A DNA stretch of 64,000 nt from Patescibacteria group bacterium (GTDB taxonomy: Bacteria; Patescibacteriota; Microgenomatia; UBA1400; CG1-02-47-37). The notes beneath the pieces are model-generated. The model saw only the letters and a list, made by a program, of their open reading frames with translations, made no database searches and had not been told where the DNA came from. The stretch is from assembly GCA_034718535.1 (NCBI GenBank), contig JAYEMX010000064.1:4328-68327 (forward strand), written 5' to 3'. This document shows, in pieces, positions 31,172-40,942 of the stretch. A program made the position numbers and the translations under genes. The number at the start of each line of letters is the position of its first letter. Positions within the stretch are counted from its first letter, which is position 1.

Positions 31172-33347
31172 TTAAAATATTTTTGGTGACACGAGGTAGG
31201 GTTTTTATTTTTTTAGGTAGATTTGGAGTAATGGAAATGTCGGCTTTAATAAAGCTTGGTAGGGTGGCTAAATAATCTTGGATAATGTTAGGATACTTCC
31301 CTTTTAAATTATTTTTAATATCAGTGAAGTCAAGTTTGGGAATTAGTTTTGCCTTAAAATCAACATCAATGGTAGCAGTATTGTTTTGGTTTAAAATGGC
31401 CGGAGCTATTTTAACTTCACTATTTTGACTAATCTCGTAGTTAGAAGGAACTTTTTCTTTTATCGCCTGCTGAAGAAGCAAATTAAGGTCATTTTGATTA
31501 TATGAAAGGGCAGAATATTCTAAATTAGCTTGTAAGGTTAAATTTTTTGTTTCTTCATCAATGTCATGACTAAAGGATTTACTAATTAAGTCATCTTGAT
31601 CTTTAACATCTACTAAAGAAAGTCCTGCTCCTAATTTCTGTTGTAAATTAGAGGCGGCCTGCTCTTTTAAATTAGATGTTAGGGCTAGAAGTAAAGTGGC
31701 TTGATCCTCTTTACTTACGGCTTTAACCTCTCTGGCGATACCACCCGACAAACCATCAATAACTTTGGCTGAGTAGTTATCTTCTGAAAATTGTTTAAAG
31801 CTCATGCTGACACCTGAGGATAAATTGCCATCGGGACCAATTGAGCTGGCGGTGACCTTACCAATGGCTTTACCAAAAGTGATAGTAACACCATCACCTG
31901 TGTCGGTTGATGATGAAGAAGTGGCAGTAATCTCTTCGTCAAGAGTGTACTTTAAGTTATCGGGGCCAATTAAAACAGAGCCGGCTGAAAAAGTTTTAGT
32001 ATTATCGGTTTTGTTATAAATAGTAATATCTCCTTTGGCTGGATCACCGATTAAACTGATTCCGGTAGTAGGAATAGATTTTGAGCCTTTAACTGAAATA
32101 TCAACAGATTCTCCCGGTAAAATACCTTTTTCCGGATCTAAAATAGTAGCTTTAGGGTCAATAGTGAGGGTAAGATTTTCATCAATAGTTTTTGGTTCAA
32201 TATAAAGAATTATATTGGCTTTCGGAATATACCAATAAGCAGAAAAAAGGCCAATAAATAAAGTTATAAAAGCCATACTAATTATGGTGAAGGTTTTGGA
32301 AGTTTTTTTGAATTTAAAAATTGATTTAAGTTTAGAAAATAAATTAGAAAAGGTTTTGAGAAGTTTTGAGAAAAAGCCGATTATTTTTAATTTTAAACCG
32401 AATTTAGGTTTGACAGAATTTGAAACCTCAGTTTGTAGGTCTGGTTCTTTTTTAATTGATGGTGGTAAGGGTTTAGTTAATGGTTTAATATTTTTAGCTA
32501 TATCGGTAGGAGAAAAACCAAAAGATTCAGCAGTGGCTTCTGTTTTTTGGGGGACAGGTTCATGCTTTTTTTTTGGTGAAGGCTTAATATCAAAACCTAA
32601 TGATTTGGCAACTTCACTACCACCAGCAAGGGCAACCGCTTTTATGGAAGCATTTTCAGGCAAACTTTCGACTTTTGGAAAGTGAATAAATGGAAGCTTT
32701 TCCTCCCAGTCATAGGACATTAATTGTTGTTTGTCTTCTTCAAAATCTTTTTTACCATTATAAAGAATCATTCTTGAAGGCAAGGTGTCAATTTTATTAA
32801 ATCTTGACAAGCCTTCTTCAACATCAGGACCCAAATCCCCACTTCTACCAATTAACTTAACGCCAATAATTTTACCAAGTTTAACTAAGGATAGATTAAG
32901 TTCTGAGTCTGATAATCTTAAAAAGATGGCATTTGGAGGGGTACCTTCTTCTATTTTTAAATACTTAATAACGGCGGTATCAGTAACCACAAAGCCAAGG
33001 GGTTTTAATTCAAGTTCTTGACAAATTTTTTTAAGAAGGGCTTTTTTTTCACTCAAAATATCTTCTGATTCTATCCAAGTTTCAGGTAAGCCAAAGATTA
33101 CTCCCGAAGGCTCTTTTTCTAAATTTTTAGAGGCTTTAGAAATAGATTTATCAACGGCATTGAGTAAATTTTCCGAAGTTTTTCCATCCCATTGATTGAT
33201 TGGGCCAATTTTAACTATTTTGGTGTGGCCGTCGAGAACAGTCCAGACTGCGCTTTTGACTATATCGTCACTAATCTCCAAGGCAAAAAATTGCTCTGGA
33301 GCTTCTTCTTTGTTTTTTAATTTAGTGAGCAGATTTTTTAATTCCAT
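31152..33347 (-). CDS. Large membrane protein: N-terminal cytoplasmic FtsA/PilM-like (actin-fold-like) segment, one TM, then a large Ser/Thr/Asn-rich extracytoplasmic domain
   Basis: Residues 20-200 loosely resemble FtsA/PilM N-terminal subdomains; TM FITLFIGLFSAYWYIP. Confidence 0.35.
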   Translation of the reverse strand: MELKNLLTKLKNKEEAPEQFFALEISDDIVKSAVWTVLDGHTKIVKIGPINQWDGKTSENLLNAVDKSISKASKNLEKEPSGVIFGLPETWIESEDILSEKKALLKKICQELELKPLGFVVTDTAVIKYLKIEEGTPPNAIFLRLSDSELNLSLVKLGKIIGVKLIGRSGDLGPDVEEGLSRFNKIDTLPSRMILYNGKKDFEEDKQQLMSYDWEEKLPFIHFPKVESLPENASIKAVALAGGSEVAKSLGFDIKPSPKKKHEPVPQKTEATAESFGFSPTDIAKNIKPLTKPLPPSIKKEPDLQTEVSNSVKPKFGLKLKIIGFFSKLLKTFSNLFSKLKSIFKFKKTSKTFTIISMAFITLFIGLFSAYWYIPKANIILYIEPKTIDENLTLTIDPKATILDPEKGILPGESVDISVKGSKSIPTTGISLIGDPAKGDITIYNKTDNTKTFSAGSVLIGPDNLKYTLDEEITATSSSSTDTGDGVTITFGKAIGKVTASSIGPDGNLSSGVSMSFKQFSEDNYSAKVIDGLSGGIAREVKAVSKEDQATLLLALTSNLKEQAASNLQQKLGAGLSLVDVKDQDDLISKSFSHDIDEETKNLTLQANLEYSALSYNQNDLNLLLQQAIKEKVPSNYEISQNSEVKIAPAILNQNNTATIDVDFKAKLIPKLDFTDIKNNLKGKYPNIIQDYLATLPSFIKADISITPNLPKKIKTLPRVTKNILIELKTE

Positions 33348-35097
33348 TTTTTAAAGCAACATAAATACGACGCTTGCCGGCGCCGATTGAATCTTGTTTT
33401 ATAATCTTAACACCACCAATTTCCCCTGTCGAGTTAACATGGGGGCCACCACATAGTTCTTTACTGAAATCTCCAATTGAATAAACAGTCACCTTGTCTG
33501 GATAGTTTTCTTTAAAAAAGGCTAAGGCGCCGGAGTTTATAGCTGTTTTTAATTTTTCTATTTTTTTGGTGACAGATAAATCTTTTTTGATTTGTTTGTT
33601 AATTAGGTTTTCGACTTTTTTAAGTTGATCGTCTGTTAACGCTTGGTCGTGAGTGAAGTCAAAGCGCAATCTTTTGGCGGTGATATTACTACCCTCTTGT
33701 TTAATGTGATCTCCTAAAATTTGACGAAGAGTTTGATGAAGTAAATGAGTGGCGGTGTGTAGTTTGGTGGTGGCTTCTGATTGATCTTCTAAACCCCCCT
33801 TAAACATTCCAGCTGAAGCCGATTTAGATTTTTTGGAGTGAGATTTTTTTAGTTTATTAAAATCGGATTTTTTTATTTTAATGTTTTTAGATTTTAAAAT
33901 TTCCTGAGTAATTTCAAAGGGAAAGCCATGGGTTTGGAAAAGGTTAAAGGCAAATTGAGCATCGACTTTTTGACAAGAACCATCCTTGTTAGTAGCCCTA
34001 TCAATTAAGTTTAAACCTTTGTTTAGAGATTTTTGGAATTTATTGATCTCTTTTATTAAGGCTGGTTCATCAATGATTTTGGAAAAATTTTGAGAATTTA
34101 GTTCACCAGTTAGCTGTCTAAACTTAACAGCAGAGCGACGGATTAAACGACGAAGAACATAACCTTGTTGTTTATTTGAAGGTTCTAAGCCTTGATCAAT
34201 CATGGCTTTGGCTGATCGAAGGTGGTCGGCAATAATTCTCATTGGAGTTTTATTTTTGCCTTGATATTTTTTATTGGTAGCTTTTTCGATTGATTTAATA
34301 ATAGGTTTAAAAATATTTATTTGAAATATATCGGGAGTTTTTTGGACAGCTTGAGCTAATCTTTCAAGGCCTCCACCAAAATCAACGTTTTGTTTGGGAA
34401 GTGGCTTTAAAGAATTATTTTTTGTTTTTATGTATTGCATAAAAACCGAATTTCCTATTTCCAAATATCGACCACAATCACAGTTAAGGTGACACTTTTT
34501 ATCTTTATATTCTGATTTTTCATGAAAATTATATTCTTTTCCAAAGTCATAAAAAATTTCCGAATCAGGCCCACCGATTTCTCCAGTTGGCATTTTGTCA
34601 GGCGTGCCGGCCCTTGACCACCAGTTTTTTTCGGCAGGATATTGAAAAATGTGATTATCCTTAATACCCAGAGATTTCCAGATTTTAATAGATTCTTCAT
34701 CTTTTCTAATATTTTTATCTCCTTTAAAAACAGAAATAAAAAGTTTTTCTTTGGGAAGTTTTAAAATATTGGTTAAAAACTCCCAGATCCAAGCAAGTTG
34801 TTCTTTTTTAAAGTAATCTCCCAATGACCAATTACCTAACATTTCAAAATAGGTGGTATGGCGGTTATCTCCAACCTCATCAATATCTTCGGCTCTAAAA
34901 CATGGTTGAGAGTCAACCAGTCTTTTTCCCATTGGATGAGGTTCTCCCTTTAAGTATGGAACTAGTTGTTGCATGCCAGAATTATTAAAAAGAGTGGTGG
35001 GGTCATCTTGTGGAATTAGAGGAGCCGGAGGAATAACTGCGTGTTTTTTGTTGGTAAAAAAATCTAAATAAGCTTTTTTGATCTGATCAGTAGTCAT
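33322..35097 (-). CDS. alaS: Alanine--tRNA ligase, short form (591 aa: catalytic and editing domains, no C-Ala domain)
   Basis: AlaRS class II catalytic core; editing-site HxxxH...CGGPHV near the C-terminus. Confidence 0.8.
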   Translation of the reverse strand: MTTDQIKKAYLDFFTNKKHAVIPPAPLIPQDDPTTLFNNSGMQQLVPYLKGEPHPMGKRLVDSQPCFRAEDIDEVGDNRHTTYFEMLGNWSLGDYFKKEQLAWIWEFLTNILKLPKEKLFISVFKGDKNIRKDEESIKIWKSLGIKDNHIFQYPAEKNWWSRAGTPDKMPTGEIGGPDSEIFYDFGKEYNFHEKSEYKDKKCHLNCDCGRYLEIGNSVFMQYIKTKNNSLKPLPKQNVDFGGGLERLAQAVQKTPDIFQINIFKPIIKSIEKATNKKYQGKNKTPMRIIADHLRSAKAMIDQGLEPSNKQQGYVLRRLIRRSAVKFRQLTGELNSQNFSKIIDEPALIKEINKFQKSLNKGLNLIDRATNKDGSCQKVDAQFAFNLFQTHGFPFEITQEILKSKNIKIKKSDFNKLKKSHSKKSKSASAGMFKGGLEDQSEATTKLHTATHLLHQTLRQILGDHIKQEGSNITAKRLRFDFTHDQALTDDQLKKVENLINKQIKKDLSVTKKIEKLKTAINSGALAFFKENYPDKVTVYSIGDFSKELCGGPHVNSTGEIGGVKIIKQDSIGAGKRRIYVALKNGIKKSAH

Positions 35098-35110
35098 GAA
35101 GTTAAAGATT

Positions 35111-35452
35111 TTACTTAGCTAATGGTTTACCGGATTTAACAAAGATGTTTTTTTTGATTTTTGAAACAGTTTTGGTAACTTTTTTTTTGGTTTGGTTTGA
35201 TTTTTTTAGTAAATCTTGATTGGTGTTTTCCAAAGAGTTTTCCAATTTTTTGGCTTTAAGTTTGATGTTTTTTATTAATTCCGGTAGATAAGATTTAGTA
35301 TCATCCAAGTGCTTTGAAAATTCTTTTCGAATTTTTTTGCCTTTTTTTGTTTTATAAAGAAAAGTGGCACCAACCGCAACTGCAGCTCCAAGAGCCAAAC
35401 CAGCTGTGAGGTGTACTGACTTTTTATTTTTTGACATTCTTCTTTTTGTCAA
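35111..35452 (-). CDS. Hypothetical small membrane-anchored protein
   Basis: TM plus K-rich coiled-coil-like tail. Confidence 0.3.
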   Translation of the reverse strand: MTKRRMSKNKKSVHLTAGLALGAAVAVGATFLYKTKKGKKIRKEFSKHLDDTKSYLPELIKNIKLKAKKLENSLENTNQDLLKKSNQTKKKVTKTVSKIKKNIFVKSGKPLAK

Positions 35453-35699
35453 TCAAATTACTAGCTAGTTCAACTAGTTTAGCTCCTTTTTTTAGACCGG
35501 TGACAAATTCAGAGGCTTGCTCAATGGGGTCGGCTACACTTTTAGTAATTCTTTTCATGTCATCCATCATGTCATTGCTTTTTTGAAGAGTTTTTCTAAC
35601 CTCTTCTAAAATTCTAAAAATATAGATAGAAAAGATTACCAGTAGAATAACTAAGATGGTGACTACAACTACTAAAATTATTTGAGATAAAGTTAACAT
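35424..35699 (-). CDS. Hypothetical small membrane protein (DUF948-like organisation)
   Basis: N-terminal TM then helical domain. Confidence 0.3.
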   Translation of the reverse strand: MLTLSQIILVVVVTILVILLVIFSIYIFRILEEVRKTLQKSNDMMDDMKRITKSVADPIEQASEFVTGLKKGAKLVELASNLIDKKKNVKK

Positions 35700-35702
35700 A
35701 AT

Positions 35703-36845
35703 TTATTGTTTTTGCAATTTTCCTACTGTGATAATAACATCATATTCATTATCATCAGTCAAGGGTGTTTGGTTTTTAATGAGATCATAATCTGAATTTA
35801 GAGATCTTTCTATAATTGTCCAAACAGTTTCCGGAGTATTTGTTTTTAACTGAACAGAGGTTTTTTGGTGATCAAGTTCATCGGCGTTGTCAGCTATGAT
35901 TTCCACAAAGTCTTTGGCCTCTAAAATATCCTTGACTGTGCCAGCTACACCCCTACCTCCAGTACCATTTAGGACTAAAATTTTGTAGTCTGATAGAGTT
36001 ACTTCTATCTCCGGTTCTGGCGAGGGTGAAGGCGAGGGTGAAGGAGTTGGGTTTGGAGAAGCTACTATGAGGGGTGAAGGCGAGGGTTTTAGGTTGTTTT
36101 GCAGAGCATTTCTTTGAACTAAAATACCACCAGTGATGAGGGCGCCTAGGGTTAAGGTGACAATAAAAGCAATGATGAGAGTTTTGTTCGGTTTTGGTTT
36201 TAATTTCTTAGGTTCCGAACTATCCTTCACTTCGTTGCGGACCGCTGGAAGTTCGGAACTTTGAGACTTTGATGGTTTAAGTTTGGTGGGTGATAGTTTT
36301 TTAAGAGAAAGGTTAAGAACTTTTTCGTCTCTACCTTTTAAGTCTTTTTTTAAAGCAAGGCCGATGACTGGATTTGGATTGCGAATTTTTGAGATGGTTT
36401 TTGGTTCGATGGCTTGAAGTTTTAAGTTGGCATCAACAAGAGCTTGAGAGATAAGGGTAAAGATTGATTTGACTGGAGCAAAGGCAATAATTTGTTTGTC
36501 TGATTGAGTTTTTCGACCAGTTTCCTTAAAATCCCAGTTTTCATTTTCTAGAATTTCTGGAATTTCGGGTTTGATTTTTTCTTCGATTAACTTTCGCTCA
36601 TCTTTAACTTTAGTGTTAAAGGGGATGTTTAAACTTAAGACATATGATAATTCATCTGAAAGTAAAATTCTGATTGATTTAGTTTTAAGTTGTTTTTTTA
36701 CCTGAACAAAGGCTTTATCCAAAGAGTCTTTACTCCAAGTAATTTCATCTGACTTAATGATGGCAGGGGCCTTACCTGTCTTAACTAGAACAGCTTTAAG
36801 TTTGTCTTTGGTTAGATAGATGATGGGAATTTTTTTGTTAAACAT
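35703..36845 (-). CDS. Hypothetical membrane protein with a PSPSP linker and a C-terminal LytR_C-like domain; carries an in-frame PAL repeat
   Basis: TM LIIAFIVTLTLGALITGGILV; (SP)n linker; C-terminal segment resembles the LytR/CpsA/Psr C-terminal domain. Confidence 0.35.
   Translation of the reverse strand: MFNKKIPIIYLTKDKLKAVLVKTGKAPAIIKSDEITWSKDSLDKAFVQVKKQLKTKSIRILLSDELSYVLSLNIPFNTKVKDERKLIEEKIKPEIPEILENENWDFKETGRKTQSDKQIIAFAPVKSIFTLISQALVDANLKLQAIEPKTISKIRNPNPVIGLALKKDLKGRDEKVLNLSLKKLSPTKLKPSKSQSSELPAVRNEVKDSSEPKKLKPKPNKTLIIAFIVTLTLGALITGGILVQRNALQNNLKPSPSPLIVASPNPTPSPSPSPSPEPEIEVTLSDYKILVLNGTGGRGVAGTVKDILEAKDFVEIIADNADELDHQKTSVQLKTNTPETVWTIIERSLNSDYDLIKNQTPLTDDNEYDVIITVGKLQKQ
36209..36261. 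repeat. PAL element variant (ggttccgaac...gttcggaac) inside the CDS at 35703..36845
   Basis: Inverted arms with a 30-nt spacer, in-frame. Confidence 0.5.
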
Positions 36846-36853
36846 TTAATAAT

Positions 36854-37243
36854 TTATGGGTATTTTAAATTTCCACATTCGGATTCAAGTTTTTCGAATA
36901 GAGCTTTACAAACTTGATCTTGGGCGGAATTTTTAACTGAGTCGACAGCGTCAGAGGCTGCTTCTGATACTTTTTCGGTTATCTTTTCGGTGACAGTGTT
37001 GGTAATATTACCAGTGATAGTTTTTTCGTCATCGGGATTGGGAAAATATTCTGGAATTTTGATTTGGTTTGACTCTGGTAAGGCTTGGTTGGCGTAGTCG
37101 ATGGCTCCCTTAATCATGGGAGTGTTAACAACGGCAGGATTATTGAGGATGTTTTTTAGGCCGGGAAAGGTTAGGGTAGTTAACTGAACTAAGCCAAATA
37201 GAGCAAGCAGGATAACTATAATTCGACCGGATTGTTTTAACAT
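36854..37243 (-). CDS. Hypothetical secreted or membrane-anchored protein
   Basis: N-terminal signal/TM; no family recognised. Confidence 0.3.
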   Translation of the reverse strand: MLKQSGRIIVILLALFGLVQLTTLTFPGLKNILNNPAVVNTPMIKGAIDYANQALPESNQIKIPEYFPNPDDEKTITGNITNTVTEKITEKVSEAASDAVDSVKNSAQDQVCKALFEKLESECGNLKYP

Positions 37244-37287
37244 AGGGTAAGTCTAAAATATCAGGTTTTAAGAGTTTAAGCAATTAA

Positions 37288-37322
37288 ATGACAGTGACAG
37301 GGTCAGACCCTGTCACTGTCAT
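37288..37322. repeat. REP-1 extended perfect palindrome (35 nt: atgacagtgacagggtc a gaccctgtcactgtcat) upstream of RAYT-1
   Basis: Perfect 17+1+17 inverted repeat. Confidence 0.75.
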
Positions 37323-37334
37323 GTTCCCTGTGAT

Positions 37335-38030
37335 ATGATTATTAGGATGCCATCAAAGAATAGGAATAAAGTTTATAAAGAAAACGGATATTATCATGTT
37401 TATAATCGTGGGGTTGATAAACGAAAAATTTTTATGGATGAACAAGATTATGCTGTTTTTTTGCATTTACTAAAGTATTATCTTTCTCCACCCAGCAAAG
37501 AAGACAAACATCCTTTGTCGGATACTTCTACAGCTGTGATTAGGCCTAGGCCAATTGAAAATTTACATCAAGAGGTTAATTTACTTGCTTATTGTTTGAT
37601 GCCAAACCATTTTCATTTATTGATAAAACAAAAAAGTATTGATGGTATGACAAAACTAATTCATAAACTACTAACTATTTATTCAATGTATTTTAATAGG
37701 CGTCATAAACGTATTGGCCATTTGTTTCAAGGTTGTTATAAGGCAGTTTTAGCTGATAATGACGAGCAGGTTTTGCATCTATCTCGATATATACACCTTA
37801 ATCCAGTTAAGCTGACAGGGTCTGACCCTGTCAGGTGGCCATACTCAAGTTTGGCTTATTATTTAGGGGAGAAAACTGCTAAGTGGGTGAAACCTAAAGA
37901 AATACTTGAGTGTTTTGAAAAGATAGAAAAGAATAAACTAACAAATAAAAACTACAATTCTTATAAAGAATTTGTTTTTGACGATAAAAAAGATTCTAAA
38001 GAAACTGTTGGCAGGTTTTCTATTGATTGA
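37335..38030 (+). mobile_element. RAYT-type HUH tyrosine transposase (IS200/IS605 TnpA-like, Y1). The likely true start is MPSKN at 37347, matching the N-terminus of RAYT-2.
   Basis: YHVYNRG...LMPNHFHLL (HUH)...SRYIHLNPVK (catalytic Tyr); flanked by REP-1 copies and carrying one internally. Confidence 0.8.
37812..37834. repeat. REP-1 palindrome ctgacagggtctgaccctgtcag inside the RAYT-1 CDS, encoding LTGSDPVR
   Basis: Perfect palindrome, in-frame. Confidence 0.7.
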
Positions 38031-38048
38031 CAGGGTCAGACCCTGTCA
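38028..38048. repeat. REP-1 palindrome; its first 3 nt are the RAYT-1 TGA stop
   Basis: tgacagggtcagaccctgtca. Confidence 0.75.
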
Positions 38049-38063
38049 GTGGTGTATTTCTTT

Positions 38064-38690
38064 TTATTTGATGATGAGGTGAAGGGTGGTTTGGGTGGAT
38101 TTTTGGCGACGAGAAGTGGATTTTAGTTTGAGTTCCTGAGCGCCTGAGAGTCCATTAAAAACAGTGGTAAAATTACCATCTGATTCAAGATTAATAATTT
38201 TTCCATTTAAAGTAAGAGTGGCATCGTGATTAGTTTTACCTTTAATCAAAACCGGGGTAGCAAGAGTTTGACCATTTTTAGGTTTAAAGACAATTAATTT
38301 GGGTGGGCGATTAAGCTTGTAAAAGGATAAAGCCAGATATGAGGTAAATAAAAGGCCAATAATGATGGCAGTGATAATATTTCGAATGGAAGAAGATGGT
38401 TGCCAGGGAGAATTTAAGGGTTTGGTTAAACCCTTGGGGATAATCTTTTTTTTGCTTTTTTGATAGTCTCTTTTAAAAACAGCAGTGGTTTTATTGGGAT
38501 CTAATCCTAAAAGTTTGGCGTAGTTTTTAATAAAGCCAAGAATATAAGTGTAGGCGGGGAGTTTTTTATATTGATTTCTTTCCAGGGCTTTAATGGTGTT
38601 AACCGGAAGTTTTAGTTTAGATGAAACCGAAGTATAAGTGAGTTTCTTTTTTAGTCTGGCTGTTTTTAGTAAATCCCCTGCTTTTAGCAT
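38064..38690 (-). CDS. rodZ: RodZ-like cytoskeleton protein (N-terminal HTH, TM, C-terminal domain)
   Basis: HTH-XRE-like N-terminus (LLKTARLKKKLTYTSVSSKLKLPVNTIKALE), TM AIIIGLLFTSYLAL. Confidence 0.5.
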   Translation of the reverse strand: MLKAGDLLKTARLKKKLTYTSVSSKLKLPVNTIKALERNQYKKLPAYTYILGFIKNYAKLLGLDPNKTTAVFKRDYQKSKKKIIPKGLTKPLNSPWQPSSSIRNIITAIIIGLLFTSYLALSFYKLNRPPKLIVFKPKNGQTLATPVLIKGKTNHDATLTLNGKIINLESDGNFTTVFNGLSGAQELKLKSTSRRQKSTQTTLHLIIK

Positions 38691-38692
38691 AG

Positions 38693-40837
38693 TTATTCTT
38701 GATCATGAGATTGAGATAAAAAATTGTTGGCATTTGATATTAAAATATCTCTCGCTTTAGCCCCTTTACCAGGACCAACAATATTGGCTTTTTCAAGTTG
38801 ATCCAAGATTCTAGCGGCTCGAGCATAACCAATTTTTAATCTTCTTTGCATTAAAGAAGCAGAGGCTTTATTATACTGAATTATCATTTTGACAGCGTCC
38901 TTAAAAAGACTATCTCTTTCTTCTTTATTTGAATTAAGAACGGCGTTGGGCTTACCTTTATATTTACTGGTAACTTCTTCAGTATATTCAACTTTGAATT
39001 CGGATTTTTTTAAGAACTCTATTAAGCTTTTAGTGTCTCTGTCTGATAAAAAAGTACCTTGTATACGAGTGGGTTTAGATTGGGTTGGAGGAATATAAAG
39101 CATGTCTCCTCGGCCAAGTAATTTTTCCGCTCCAGGAGAATCAATAATAACCCTTGAATCAACCATGGAATTAACATTAAAAGAAATGCGGCAATTAATA
39201 TTGGCTTTAATTAAACCGGTTAAAACATCGACCGAAGGTCTTTGAGTGGCAAGAACCAAATGAATACCGGTGGCCCTAGCCATTTGGGCTAGTCTGGTAA
39301 TTGAGTCTTCGACTTCAGAGGGAGCATAAAGAATAATGTCTGCCAATTCGTCGATAACTATAACCAAATATGGTAAAGCCTGAAAACCTGAAAGTTCATT
39401 ATAACTAGCGATATTTCTAGCTCCAACTTCAGAGAATATTTTATAACGTCTTTCCATTTCCGATGTGGCCCATTTTAAAGCTGAAACGACTTTTTCGGGT
39501 TCGACAATAACCGGAGTCAGTAGGTGAGGAATATCATTATATAAAGTTAACTCGACTCTTTTGGGATCAACTAAGATAAACTTAACTTCTTCAGGGCTGG
39601 AGCGAAATAAAATACTACTAATAATAGAGTTAATACAGACAGATTTACCGGAACCGGTAGCTCCGGCAATAAGAACGTGAGGCATTTTGTCAATATCGGC
39701 AATAACCGGTTTTCCGGAAACGTTTAAACCTAAACTAAAAGCCAGTTTAGATTTTTCATTTTTTAGACTTTTCGAGGAAAGCATCTGACTTAGAGGGACT
39801 ATTTCGAGAGAACGGTTTGGTAATTCCAATCCAACCAGTGATCTACCTGGAATAGGAGCTTCAATACGAATTTGGCCTTGAGGTGCAGCAAGAGCTAAGG
39901 CTAGATCATTTTGAAGACTGGTAATTTTACTTAGTTTGGTGCCTTCGGCTATTTTGATAGCATATTGAGTAACAGCCGGTCCACGATTAACTTCTTCTAC
40001 TTTAGCTTTAATCCCAAAACTTTCCAAAGTTCTTTCAATAGTAGCGGCATTTTGTTTAACATCACCACGATCTGCCTTGGCTGTTTGAATATCTTTTAAA
40101 AGAGATAAAGGTGGATAGTGCCACATTTTTTGTTGAGCTCCGGGTAAATTACTAATAATTGAGGAGGTTTGTTTAGCTGAGGTTATTGATGGTTTTGACT
40201 TAGTTTTGGGTTTAACTGAAGGTTTGGTGGTTATAGTGGATTGAGTAGGATTGTCATCCTCGTCCATACCTTTAATAGTAAAACCCGAATCATTGGGTTT
40301 AAAGAGTGGTTTTTTTTTACTTTGAATGGATTCAAAAGCCTTTTTAAAGTTGGCAATAATTTTCTGAAGACTTAAAATAATGTCTTCCAGGCTAGTTTCA
40401 AAAATAATAACAAAGCTGATAAAAATGCCAGCTAATAAAACCAGAAAGGTTCCGGATTTGTTGATTAGATTAACCAGACTGATCCAAATCTCCCGACCAA
40501 TAGTTCCGGCCCTGGTAAGACTAATAGTGCTGATAAGTAAACATAAAGAACCAATAAATACGTTGGGTTTGGTTATTCTCCATTTTAATCTCGTTAGCAT
40601 TAATCCAGAAGCAAGAAAAATAAAAGGAAGTAAAAAAATACCCCAACCAAATAAAGAATTAAAAAAAGTATATATGGTTTCTAAAAACGGACTTTGGCGA
40701 GAAAGAGAAACCATGATTAGCGCACCAATTAAAATTAATCCTGTTGAAGAAAGAGTATATATGGTTTCTTTGGGAAGTTTTAATTTATATGGTTGTTTTC
40801 TTTTTCCCTTTGTGGATCTTTTCTTTTTCTTAGCCAT
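38693..40837 (-). CDS. ftsK: DNA translocase FtsK/SpoIIIE
   Basis: N-terminal TMs, Walker A GATGSGKS motor domain, C-terminal gamma domain. Confidence 0.88.
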   Translation of the reverse strand: MAKKKKRSTKGKRKQPYKLKLPKETIYTLSSTGLILIGALIMVSLSRQSPFLETIYTFFNSLFGWGIFLLPFIFLASGLMLTRLKWRITKPNVFIGSLCLLISTISLTRAGTIGREIWISLVNLINKSGTFLVLLAGIFISFVIIFETSLEDIILSLQKIIANFKKAFESIQSKKKPLFKPNDSGFTIKGMDEDDNPTQSTITTKPSVKPKTKSKPSITSAKQTSSIISNLPGAQQKMWHYPPLSLLKDIQTAKADRGDVKQNAATIERTLESFGIKAKVEEVNRGPAVTQYAIKIAEGTKLSKITSLQNDLALALAAPQGQIRIEAPIPGRSLVGLELPNRSLEIVPLSQMLSSKSLKNEKSKLAFSLGLNVSGKPVIADIDKMPHVLIAGATGSGKSVCINSIISSILFRSSPEEVKFILVDPKRVELTLYNDIPHLLTPVIVEPEKVVSALKWATSEMERRYKIFSEVGARNIASYNELSGFQALPYLVIVIDELADIILYAPSEVEDSITRLAQMARATGIHLVLATQRPSVDVLTGLIKANINCRISFNVNSMVDSRVIIDSPGAEKLLGRGDMLYIPPTQSKPTRIQGTFLSDRDTKSLIEFLKKSEFKVEYTEEVTSKYKGKPNAVLNSNKEERDSLFKDAVKMIIQYNKASASLMQRRLKIGYARAARILDQLEKANIVGPGKGAKARDILISNANNFLSQSHDQE

Positions 40838-40859
40838 AAAGTAATTATATAATAATTTC

Positions 40860-40937
40860 AGGTTCCGAACTAAAATATCGGAAACCTGCCTGCCATGCCT
40901 ATCGGCAGGTAAACCGGCAAGGCAGGGTTCGGAACCT
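40860..40937. repeat. Long PAL variant: perfect outer arms aggttccgaac/gttcggaacct enclose a 55-nt GC-rich insert with nested inverted repeats (cctgcc...ggcagg)
   Basis: Read directly; lies in the rnj-ftsK spacer. Confidence 0.55.
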
Positions 40938-40942
40938 AAAAG

